Assembly (NCBI GenBank): GCA_965223845.1
Contig: CBDCXR010000004.1
Span: 6,272,001-6,336,000, forward strand
Direction: 5' to 3'
DNA: 64,000 bases
DNA from: Planctomycetota bacterium
GTDB lineage: Bacteria; Planctomycetota; UBA8108; SXIK01
The position numbers and the translations under genes are program-made. Positions 40,360 to 48,841 of the stretch are shown here, piece by piece. The notes below the pieces were generated by a model. It saw only the letters and a program-made list of their open reading frames with translations, made no database searches and was not told the DNA's origin. Positions within the stretch are counted from its first letter, which is position 1; every line of letters starts with the position of its first letter.

Positions 40360-41373
40360 TCACCACGCCACCCGCTGCCCCAGCCCCTCCCGCTCCGCCG
40401 CCCGGACGATCGCGCGCGCCGCGGTCGCGTCTTGGACACCGAGACCCACCGACTTGAAGAGCGTCACTTCGTCGTCGCTCGTTCGCCCCGGCGCGTGCTT
40501 GAGAAGAACCGCCCCGAGCTCGACCAGTCGTTCGGGATCGAGAGTCCCGCGCTCGACGGGCTGGATGAGGTCCCCCGTCTCGTCGAGCGCCGCGTCTCGG
40601 TCGTCGACGACGACCCGCGCGCGGAGCACGGTCGCTTCCGGGATCTCGACGACGTGCGGCTGAAAGGACCCGACCGCGTTGACGTGGACGCCCGCCGATA
40701 GATCCGCATCGTCGAAGACCGGCGTCGACGAAGTCGTCGCGGCACAGACGACGTCCGCGTCGCGGACGGCTCGGCTCGACGACTCGGCGACCACGATTTC
40801 GCTCGGGAATCCCGGTTCGCCGGCGAGCTCGTCCGCGAAGCGCGCCGCGTGGTCTCGATTCGGCGAGTAGACCGTCGCGCGCTCGATCGGACGCACGCAG
40901 CACACCGCTTCGAGCTGGGTTCGCGCTTGAACACCGCTTCCGAGGATCGCGGCGACGCGCGCGTCCGTGCGCGCGAGAAGATCCGTCGCGAGTCCCGACG
41001 CCGCGCCCGTTCGGATCGCGGTTACGGCGCTGCCCTCGAGGAACGCGCGGATCCTCCCCGTCTCGGCGTCCGCAACGACGACCCCGGCGTGAATCAGAGG
41101 AAGGCCGCGGGCGGGATTATCGGGAACGACGGACACGACCTTTACCGTGAGCGCGTCGCCCTTCGGATCGGACACGTACGCCGGCATCGCAAGCCCGGTC
41201 GCCCCCGCGGGAGTTTCGAGCGTCGCCCGAAGAGGAACGATCGCACGACCCTCGGCGAGCGCGCGGAACGCATCTCGCATCGCCTCAACGGCCGCGGCCA
41301 TCGGCAGCGCACGACGCACGTCAGCGCCGTTGAGAACGAGCATCTCCCCGTCAGACAAATCGATCCCGCTCAC
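40360..41373 (-). CDS. Ornithine cyclodeaminase/mu-crystallin family protein
   Basis: TAIRTGAASG, ILGSGVQA, HVNAVGSF, FKSVGLGVQD. Confidence 0.9.
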   Translation of the reverse strand: MSGIDLSDGEMLVLNGADVRRALPMAAAVEAMRDAFRALAEGRAIVPLRATLETPAGATGLAMPAYVSDPKGDALTVKVVSVVPDNPARGLPLIHAGVVVADAETGRIRAFLEGSAVTAIRTGAASGLATDLLARTDARVAAILGSGVQARTQLEAVCCVRPIERATVYSPNRDHAARFADELAGEPGFPSEIVVAESSSRAVRDADVVCAATTSSTPVFDDADLSAGVHVNAVGSFQPHVVEIPEATVLRARVVVDDRDAALDETGDLIQPVERGTLDPERLVELGAVLLKHAPGRTSDDEVTLFKSVGLGVQDATAARAIVRAAEREGLGQRVAW

Positions 41374-41427
41374 GTTCGCTCCACCTCCCCACGATCTCCG
41401 CCCCAACCCACCCGCGCGCGACCCACG

Positions 41428-41543
41428 CTTCTTCTTCTTTTTCTTCTCTTCCTACTCCTACTCTCACTCTCACTCTCACTCCTACTCCTAACTCTTACTC
41501 TCCTTCGTCTGCCTTCGCGGTCCTTCGCGCCCTTCGTGTAAAA
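41428..41543. repeat. Pyrimidine-rich simple repeats: (CTT)n, hexamer ACTCYY array and four CCTTCG units
   Basis: CTACTC/TCACTC hexamers at 41451-41500; CCTTCG at 41502, 41512, 41522, 41531. Confidence 0.8.
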
Positions 41544-41566
41544 CTCCCCGCAAGAAAACCAAAAAA

Positions 41567-42715
41567 CTAAGACTCAAGCGCAACCTCGCTCCAATCGACC
41601 ACGCGCCCTTCGTGGATCGCCGTGCGGCCGAGGATCGCCATCAGCGTCGCGTGCCGCCCCGCTTCAACGTCGCAAAGCGGCGTCTTGTCCTCGCGGATCG
41701 ACTTCGCGAAGTGCTGAATCGCCGCTGCGGTCGCGTCTCCCCACGGCTCGAGCTTCGTCTCGGTCTTCTTGTCGTTCTCAGTGACGAAGAGCTTCGTCGT
41801 GCCTTCGAGCGACGCCGCCCGGCGTCCGCTCCCGATGAACGTGAAGTCGAGCCCGCCGAAGCCGTTCGGCGTGTAGACGCAGTGGCTGTAGCGAAGCGAC
41901 ATGTTCCCGGGGAAATCGTAGGACACGGTGTAGTGATCCATGATCGACCGATTCGCCGGGATTCCCCGGAGCTCGTTGATTCCGCCGAAGCCGGCTGCGC
42001 GGAGCGGGTGCGAGCCGAGCACCCAGCAGAAGATGTTCATCTCGTGCACCGCCTGCTCGACGATGAGATCGCCGGAAAGGTTGCGATCGATGTACCAGCC
42101 GGATGTCGGGTAACCGCCGACGTGCCGCTGTGCCTGGACGAAGTTTACCTTCCCGATCGCACCGCTCTGGAGGGTCTTCGCGAGGCCGAGGAAGCCGCCT
42201 TGATAGCGCCACTGGAAACCGACTTGGAACTTCCCGGGTGACTTCTTCACGGCTTCGTACACGTCGCGCACTTCTTCCGGCGTGCGTCCGAGCGGCTTTT
42301 CGCAGTAGACGTGCTTTCCGGACTCCGCCGCGGCGACTGCGTGCTCGCGCCGGAGGTAGATCGGCGTTGCGATGACGACGACGTCGACATCCTTTCGGTC
42401 GAGGAGCTCGCGGTAGTCGTAGATGCCGACCGGATTCATCCCGCCGCAGCGCTGGACCGCCGCGTCGCGCCGGCCGCGGTGGATGTCGCAGATCGCGTTC
42501 ACCTTGAGCGTCGAGACGGAGACGCTTTCGAGCGCGCGCCCGAGGAGACTCGAGCCGCGACCGCCGACGCCGATCCAGCCCATGCGGAGGAACTCGTTCG
42601 CGCCGGCGATGTTCCCGAGCGAGGCCGCGGGAAGACCGGCGGCGATCGGCGCTCCGGCGGCGAACGAAGCGGTCTTCATGAAGCGGCGGCGAGAGAGCGG
42701 TTTTTTCTCGGGCAT
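41567..42715 (-). CDS. Gfo/Idh/MocA oxidoreductase, Tat-exported
   Basis: SRRRFM Tat motif, IGVGGRG, CEKP, EQAVH. Confidence 0.9.
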   Translation of the reverse strand: MPEKKPLSRRRFMKTASFAAGAPIAAGLPAASLGNIAGANEFLRMGWIGVGGRGSSLLGRALESVSVSTLKVNAICDIHRGRRDAAVQRCGGMNPVGIYDYRELLDRKDVDVVVIATPIYLRREHAVAAAESGKHVYCEKPLGRTPEEVRDVYEAVKKSPGKFQVGFQWRYQGGFLGLAKTLQSGAIGKVNFVQAQRHVGGYPTSGWYIDRNLSGDLIVEQAVHEMNIFCWVLGSHPLRAAGFGGINELRGIPANRSIMDHYTVSYDFPGNMSLRYSHCVYTPNGFGGLDFTFIGSGRRAASLEGTTKLFVTENDKKTETKLEPWGDATAAAIQHFAKSIREDKTPLCDVEAGRHATLMAILGRTAIHEGRVVDWSEVALES

Positions 42716-42854
42716 CGGTGTATACCTCGCGGGTGTGGATCTCAGTGCTCGCCCGTGCGGGGCGGAGCGGCGCCCCGTCAGCATCGCCGGGACGATTTCC
42801 CGGTGCAAGGCCGGCGGCGCTGATTCTCGCGGGCGTGCGCGGAGGATGTTCGTG

Positions 42855-43124
42855 ATGCCGGAGAAAGAGATCGTGGAGACGCCGCGAGTTCTTCTCTTCT
42901 ACACGAAGCCGGGATGCGGGCTCTGCGTCGAGGCGTTTCCGAAGGTCGAGCGCGTCGCGGCGCGCTACGGTTTCTCCGTTCGCCGGATCGACATCGAGAG
43001 CGATCCGGATCTCTTCGCGCGCCACCGCTACCGCATCCCCGTCGTCGAGTGGGACGGGTCGGAGCTCGGCTGGGGGCGGATCAGCGAGCGGGCGCTCGAA
43101 CGGGATCTCCGCGCTCGACTCTGA
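42855..43124 (+). CDS. Glutaredoxin-like protein (DUF836 type)
   Basis: YTKPGCGLC, IDIESDP.L..RH..RIPVV; GGAGG RBS at 42841. Confidence 0.85.
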   Translation: MPEKEIVETPRVLLFYTKPGCGLCVEAFPKVERVAARYGFSVRRIDIESDPDLFARHRYRIPVVEWDGSELGWGRISERALERDLRARL

Positions 43125-43150
43125 TCCTCGATGCCGCGATCGTCCCGTTG

Positions 43151-44089
43151 CTAGCGGCGGGCGAGAAACCACTCCGCCGTGCGGCGGAGACCGTCCGAGA
43201 GCGTCGTCTCGGGCTCGTAGCGAAGACGTTCGCGCGCTTCGTCGATGACCGCGAGAGAGTGGCGAACGTCGCCCGCGCGCGCTGGGCCGACGGTGGGGGG
43301 TACGGGCGTCCCTCCGATCGCGCGCGAGATCGCGCGGTGAAGCTCGTTGATCGACGTCGCGCGACCGCTGCCGATGTTGTACGTGCGGCCGTACGCGCTC
43401 TTGTTCGCGCTGAGGGCGAGAAAGTTCGCCGCGACGACGTCGTCGATGAAGACGAAGTCGCGCGTTTGCTCGCCGTCCCCGTCGATGGTCGCGCTCGCGC
43501 CGCTCGCCGCGGCTTCGAGCCACTTCGGGATCACCGCGGCGTACGGCGAATCGGCTCCCTGACCGGGTCCGTAGACGTTGAAGTAGCGGAGCGCCAGCGT
43601 TCGCATCCCGCTCGGATCGTCGAACGCGAGCGCGTAGAGCTCACCGGCGAGCTTGCTCACCGCGTAGAGAGACGCCGGTTCGGCGGGCGCGCTCTCACGC
43701 TGGGGCGGCGGGTGGGCGTCGCCGTAGACGGAGCAGCTCGACGCGAAGACGACGCGACGAACTCCGGCTTCGCGCGCGACCGTGAGAAGCTGAACCGTCG
43801 CCGTGACGTTGCTCGCTTGCGCGGCGAGCGGGTCATCCGCGCACGCGGTGACCGATGCCTCCGCGGCATGGTGAAGGATCGCGTCGACGCCTCGGCAGGC
43901 GCGCTCGCAGGCCGCGCGGTCGAGGAGGTCGGCCTCGACCCACTCGACCGCGTCGGCGAGGGCATCGGGCACGCCCGCGGGGCGTCCCGGTCGGCGGTCG
44001 ATCGACCGCACCGCGACTCCGTCGCGGGCGGCGCGGCACGCGAGGGACGATCCGATAAACCCGGCTCCGCCGGTGATCAGCAGCTTCAC
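43151..44089 (-). CDS. NAD-dependent epimerase/dehydratase (GalE/WbpP-like)
   Basis: TGGAGFIGS, YAVSK, LRYFNVYGP, TRDFVFIDD. Confidence 0.92.
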   Translation of the reverse strand: MKLLITGGAGFIGSSLACRAARDGVAVRSIDRRPGRPAGVPDALADAVEWVEADLLDRAACERACRGVDAILHHAAEASVTACADDPLAAQASNVTATVQLLTVAREAGVRRVVFASSCSVYGDAHPPPQRESAPAEPASLYAVSKLAGELYALAFDDPSGMRTLALRYFNVYGPGQGADSPYAAVIPKWLEAAASGASATIDGDGEQTRDFVFIDDVVAANFLALSANKSAYGRTYNIGSGRATSINELHRAISRAIGGTPVPPTVGPARAGDVRHSLAVIDEARERLRYEPETTLSDGLRRTAEWFLARR

Positions 44090-44535
44090 GAGTCGAGCCG
44101 ATTCGTACGGGTCACTCCAAACACCTCACTTACAGGACGCCCTCCGTAGGCGTCGGGATCTTTCCGACTTGACCCTTCACGCACAGAGCACCTATCTTTG
44201 ATCCTGCTGATAGGGTTACGAGGACCGAATCGGCGCTGTCAACACGCGGGCCAAGGCGACGCCGAGCAGACTGGCTGGGTGGATGTCTAGCCCGGCTAGG
44301 GGCAGTCCTCAGTTGCCTCGCGACGAGGGAGTCGCTCGCCGACGATCTCGCGTGATTACGTAACTTGTCGATCTTCGTTTGAGTCCTTCTGAGGAAGTCG
44401 GCTCCCGATCGGGGACCGTCGTCCCCGACGGGCACAGATTCGCTTGATCCCTACGCTACGACACTCCTCGAAGTAAACACGGGGAATGCCGCGCGAGGAA
44501 GAGGCGACGAAGAATCGACGCGCTCGGCAGACGAA

Positions 44536-45915
44536 ATGCTTTTACTCCTACGCGATCGAATTACGAAGAGGATGCTCGGCACGTTCGTGTTCGAGGTGAG
44601 CACGCTCGTGCTCGTCTTCGCCGCGGTCGCGCTCCTCCGCGTCCTCGCGTGGGGATCGACGGCCCCGCTGGGCTGGGTCGTTCTCTTCGGCGTGTCGGGC
44701 GCGAGCGTCGTCGCGCTTTGTCTCGGCGCATTCGGATCGTACAGCCGGGAGATCATCTATTCGCGCCAGCGTGTCACCTCGCGATTGGCCGCGGGATTTC
44801 TCCTCGCGGCGCCGGCGATCCTCGGCGTGTGCTGGGCCTTCAGCTTCGTCGACGTCGTGTTCACGCTCACGCCGAAGTTCTTCGGGATCCTCTACCTCGG
44901 CGTCCTCGCCGTCGTCGTCGCCGAGCGGGCGATGGTGTTCAAGCTGTTCGATCCGCTCCACTCGTTCGGAAACATCCTCATTCTCGGGACGGATCCGAGC
45001 GTCGCGCGCACGATCCGCGAAGCTCGGAAGCGCTACGGCGCGAAGTTTCGCGTGGTCGGAGTCCTCAGTCCCGACGCGCGAGTCGGCGAACACTTCGAGG
45101 GAGTTCCGGTCGCCGGGTCGATCGAGGATCTCCCCGCGGTGTGCAAATCGCACGAGATCGATACCGTTCTCATCGGCCTTCCCTATTACGATCCGCGTCT
45201 CAGCGTCGACGCGATCTTCGATTGCCGGGTTCACGGTGCGCTCGTCCTCGATATCGGGAGCTTCTACGAGGCGATCTGCCAGAAGGTCCTTCTCGAGCGC
45301 GTCGATCCGCGGGCCGTCCTCTCGCCGTACTATTACCCGGTGGGGCGCGTGCGGTGGTGGATCAAGGAGGCGATCGAGCGTGTGGTCGCGGGCATCGGTG
45401 TCGGGGTGGCCGCGGCTCCGGTGGTCGTCGCGGCGGTGTGGATCCGCGTGTCGACGCGCGGCTCTGCGTTCGTCCGAGACGAGCGGGTCGGGAAGAACGG
45501 TCGAACGATCGTCCTTCGACGCCTGCGCACCTACCGAGAGACCGCGAACGGCGAGGCGCGCCCGACGAGGTTTGGACGTGTTCTCCGCCGCGGCCGCTTC
45601 GACTCGCTCCCTCTTCTGATCTCGGTCGTGAAGGGCGACCTCGCGCTCGTCGGCCCGTCGGCCGAACGCCCCGAATTCGCGAGCGAGCTGCGCGAGCGCG
45701 TTCCCCTCTACGATCAGCGCGACGTCGTGAAGCCGGGCCTCGTCGGCTGGTCGCAGCTTCGCTTCCCTTACGCCGCGAGCGTCGACGACGCGCGCGAGAA
45801 GCTGCGCCACGATCTCTTCTACGTGAAGAACATGTCGCTCGTGCTCGACCTGCAGATCCTCACGGCCTCGCTCGGCTCGGTCGTGACGGGTCGGACCTTC
45901 GTCTCGCGCTGGTAA
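44536..45915 (+). CDS. WcaJ/WbaP-like polyprenyl glycosylphosphotransferase, degenerate active site
   Basis: Four N-terminal TMs, CoA-binding-like domain, C-terminal KPGLVGWSQL..Y...KLRHDLFYVKN.SL.LD. Confidence 0.82.
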   Translation: MLLLLRDRITKRMLGTFVFEVSTLVLVFAAVALLRVLAWGSTAPLGWVVLFGVSGASVVALCLGAFGSYSREIIYSRQRVTSRLAAGFLLAAPAILGVCWAFSFVDVVFTLTPKFFGILYLGVLAVVVAERAMVFKLFDPLHSFGNILILGTDPSVARTIREARKRYGAKFRVVGVLSPDARVGEHFEGVPVAGSIEDLPAVCKSHEIDTVLIGLPYYDPRLSVDAIFDCRVHGALVLDIGSFYEAICQKVLLERVDPRAVLSPYYYPVGRVRWWIKEAIERVVAGIGVGVAAAPVVVAAVWIRVSTRGSAFVRDERVGKNGRTIVLRRLRTYRETANGEARPTRFGRVLRRGRFDSLPLLISVVKGDLALVGPSAERPEFASELRERVPLYDQRDVVKPGLVGWSQLRFPYAASVDDAREKLRHDLFYVKNMSLVLDLQILTASLGSVVTGRTFVSRW

Positions 45916-45928
45916 GGATCCGGCCGGA

Positions 45929-46648
45929 TCAGAGCAGCAGCGCCGAGCTCGATCCCGCGACCTGGAAGACCGGGATCAGCGGTCCGAAGACGTACTCGCG
46001 GATGTAGTGGATCAAGCCCGCTAGCGCCGTGCGGCCGAGCACGATCTGGTCGCCGGGAAGGAGGAGCAGCTCTTCGCTTTCGTCGTTGAGGTCGATGCGA
46101 AAGAGCGCGGGATTGAGTGGATTTCCGAAGGGACGCCGAAGGAGCGCCCAGTCGGTGTCTCCGGTGATCCTGAGTCCGCCGACGTGCGAGATCGCTTCGT
46201 GAAGCGTGAGCTTCGCACTCGTGAGCGGCACGATTCCCGGCCGCGCGAACTCACCGACCATGTAGATGGACTCCTCGCGCGGTATGACCTGGATCCGTAC
46301 GTCGTTGTCCGTATCGAACGTCGGCCAGCGCTGCACCATGCGCGCGCGGAGCTCCTTTTCGAGCTCGTCGATCGACTTCCCCGCGAGCTCGACATCGTGC
46401 ATGTAGAAGAGATCGCTCCGGCCGTCCGGAAGAACGAGCGAAGTCGGCTGGTTGTAGGAGTCTTCGACGTGTTGATAGAGCTGGATCGAGATCGAGTCGC
46501 CTTCCTTGAGCTGGTAGCGAGAGTGTCGCTGCCGGAGGACGTCGCGGTACATGTCGTTGATCTCCGACGGTGAGATCACCTTGCAGGACGTTCCGAGCGC
46601 GCTCGTGGCGAGGAGGATGGCGGTCGTGAGGGCGTTGCGTGCGGTCAT
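45929..46648 (-). CDS. Polysaccharide export (Wza/SLBB-like) lipoprotein
   Basis: Lipobox GTSC, YQLKEGDSI, VLPDGR, IYMVGEFARPG, LLPGDQI. Confidence 0.82.
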   Translation of the reverse strand: MTARNALTTAILLATSALGTSCKVISPSEINDMYRDVLRQRHSRYQLKEGDSISIQLYQHVEDSYNQPTSLVLPDGRSDLFYMHDVELAGKSIDELEKELRARMVQRWPTFDTDNDVRIQVIPREESIYMVGEFARPGIVPLTSAKLTLHEAISHVGGLRITGDTDWALLRRPFGNPLNPALFRIDLNDESEELLLLPGDQIVLGRTALAGLIHYIREYVFGPLIPVFQVAGSSSALLL

Positions 46649-46846
46649 GGATTCCTGCGGGCTCTGGGGCCGACGTCGGGCCGCGGGCTGCGGTGAGTGC
46701 GACGGTCTTTCCGGTTTGATTCTCTTCCGTCATATCGGGCGGTGCTCGAGGGAGCTTTACCGGCGCGCGCGTCTCCGCGGCGACGTTCCGAAAACCCACG
46801 GGCGCGAGCGCGGCCCGCCCGCGGGCCCGCCGCCAGTTCGCCGCGA

Positions 46847-46875
46847 TTGACAGCCCGCTCCGGCTCTCTCATGAT
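46847..46875 (+). promoter_or_regulatory. Candidate sigma70 promoter for the DUF3311-symporter operon
   Basis: TTGACA-17 nt-CATGAT, 50 nt upstream of the start codon. Confidence 0.45.
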
Positions 46876-46925
46876 GTCGCGTCGCTCGGGCCCGCCCCGC
46901 TCCCTCCCCCGATTCGAGGTCTTCC

Positions 46926-47159
46926 TTGAAAACCGTCATCGTCTGCGGCCTGATCGCGCTCGCCGTCGTGCACCAGGACTTCTGGTGGTGGGACGATCCG
47001 ACCCCCGTGTTCGGGTTCATTCCCGTCGGACTCGCCTGGCACATCCTCATTTCGATTCTCGCGACGGTGCTCTGGTGGCTCGCGACGAAGCATTGCTGGC
47101 CGGAGCACCTCGAGGAAGAGAGCGAGCCCGCCTCCGACGCCGGGACAGGAGCGCGCTGA
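46926..47159 (+). CDS. DUF3311-like small membrane partner of sodium:solute symporter
   Basis: HQDFWWWDD...GFIPVGLAWH; immediately precedes the symporter. Confidence 0.8.
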   Translation: MKTVIVCGLIALAVVHQDFWWWDDPTPVFGFIPVGLAWHILISILATVLWWLATKHCWPEHLEEESEPASDAGTGAR

Positions 47160-47160
47160 C

Positions 47161-48621
47161 ATGACGCTGACGATCATCTTGATCTACCTCGCGCTGCTCG
47201 TCGGTCTCGGCCTCTTCAGCACGAGGTTTCTCCGCTCGACGGGCGGCGACTATTTTCTCGCGAGCCGCGGCATCGGTCCGTTCATGCTGCTCATGTCGCT
47301 CTTCGGGACGACGATGACCGCATTCGCGCTCACGGGAAGCTCGGGGCGTACGTTCAAGGCCGGCGTCGGGGTCTACGGCCTCATGGCGTCCTGGTCGGGG
47401 ATCGTCCATCCGCTCGTCTTCTTCCTCGTCGGGGCGAAGGTGTGGCAGCTCGGCAAGCGCCACGGCTACTTGACGCAGCTCTCATTTTTTCGCGATCGCT
47501 ACCAGTCGCACGCCGTTCCGCTGCTTCTCTTCCCGCTCATGGTCGGGTTCGTGATGGTCTACATCCTCACGGGCGCGATCGGCGCGGGGCGGACACTCGA
47601 GACCCTCGCCGACGTCCCCTACCCCGCGGGCGTCGCGCTCATCTGCGGCATCGTGCTCGTCTACGTTTTCTTCGGCGGCATGCGCGCGACCGCGTGGGCG
47701 AACACCGCGCAGACGCTCGTCTTCATGGTCATGGGTGGGATCGCGTTCCTCGTGATCATGAACGATCTCGGCGGGCCGGCCGCAGCGACTCAGCGCGTCC
47801 TCGATCACGCAGACGAGGCGGTACGCCGGCGGGCGGTGCGCGAAGGGAGCATCGAGACGCTCGGGTTCCTCACCTACTGCTTCATCCCGCTCTCGGTGGG
47901 AATGTTCCCGCACCTCTTCCAGCACTGGCTCACGGCGCGGAAGGCGAGCAACTTCAAGGTGACGGTCGCTGCGTTCCCGGTGTGCATCATGGTGACGTGG
48001 GTGCCCTGCGTGCTCATCGGGTTCTGGGCGGCGGGCGAGCTCGACCTCGGAACCTCGGCGAACAGCGTCCTCCCGATGATGGTCGCGAACCATGCGAACG
48101 AGGTGCTCGCGGGTCTCATCGGAGCCGGCATTCTCGCCGCGATGATGTCGAGCATGGACTCCCAGTTCCTCTGTCTCGGGAGCATGTTCACGAACGACAT
48201 CTATCGGCCGTACTGCACCAAGGGGGAGGTGTCCGAGAGGAAGGTCGTCTGGACGGGACGGATCTTCGTCGTCTCGATCGTCGGTGCGACGTACGTGATC
48301 GCGCTCACTCTCGCGCAGAACCGCGGCATCTTCGGGCTCGGCGTGTGGTGCTTCACCGGCTTTTCGAGTCTCTTTCCAATCCTCCTCGGCGCCCTCTACT
48401 GGAAGCGGAGCACCAAGTACGGCGCGATGGCGGCGATCCTGACCGTGGCGGTGCTTTGGTTCTGGTTCCTCGATCGCGCGACCGCGGGCGGCGAGTTCCT
48501 GCTCGGGCACGTCATGCCGGTGACGTGGGTGCTCCTCGCATCGACCGCGGCGTTCGTGATCGTGAGTCTCGTCACGCCGGCACCGAATCGGGAGCACCTG
48601 GAGAAGTTTTTCGCTCGTTGA
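47161..48621 (+). CDS. Sodium:solute symporter family protein
   Basis: DYFLASR, GGMRATAWAN, AAMMSSMDSQ, about 13 TM helices. Confidence 0.92.
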   Translation: MTLTIILIYLALLVGLGLFSTRFLRSTGGDYFLASRGIGPFMLLMSLFGTTMTAFALTGSSGRTFKAGVGVYGLMASWSGIVHPLVFFLVGAKVWQLGKRHGYLTQLSFFRDRYQSHAVPLLLFPLMVGFVMVYILTGAIGAGRTLETLADVPYPAGVALICGIVLVYVFFGGMRATAWANTAQTLVFMVMGGIAFLVIMNDLGGPAAATQRVLDHADEAVRRRAVREGSIETLGFLTYCFIPLSVGMFPHLFQHWLTARKASNFKVTVAAFPVCIMVTWVPCVLIGFWAAGELDLGTSANSVLPMMVANHANEVLAGLIGAGILAAMMSSMDSQFLCLGSMFTNDIYRPYCTKGEVSERKVVWTGRIFVVSIVGATYVIALTLAQNRGIFGLGVWCFTGFSSLFPILLGALYWKRSTKYGAMAAILTVAVLWFWFLDRATAGGEFLLGHVMPVTWVLLASTAAFVIVSLVTPAPNREHLEKFFAR

Positions 48622-48640
48622 CGCCGGCGGAGCTCTTCTC

Positions 48641-48814
48641 TTCCCGTACGTTCCCGTTCCCGACAAACTCTCTCTTCTCTTCTCACCCCGCCGCATACCC
48701 GAAAGATCCATCGCGGCCCCCCGTCGCATTGGCGCGATACCGCGCCGCTCCGTTGCCGCTCGCGGGCCGAGCCTGCTCAAGTCTTCCCGCCGCCGATTCG
48801 AGTACGGGAACGGG
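48641..48814. repeat. Inverted hexamer repeats (TTCCCG)n...(CGGGAA)n between convergent genes
   Basis: TTCCCGTACGTTCCCGTTCCCG at 48641-48662; GTACGGGAACGGG at 48802-48814. Confidence 0.55.
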
Positions 48815-48841
48815 CTGAACACGCCCGCGGCGCATCGAACC

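Noticed and set aside
44213-44242. TTGACA on the minus strand upstream of the epimerase
   Set aside because: The -10 candidate (TAACCC at 18-nt spacing) is weak; not enough to call.
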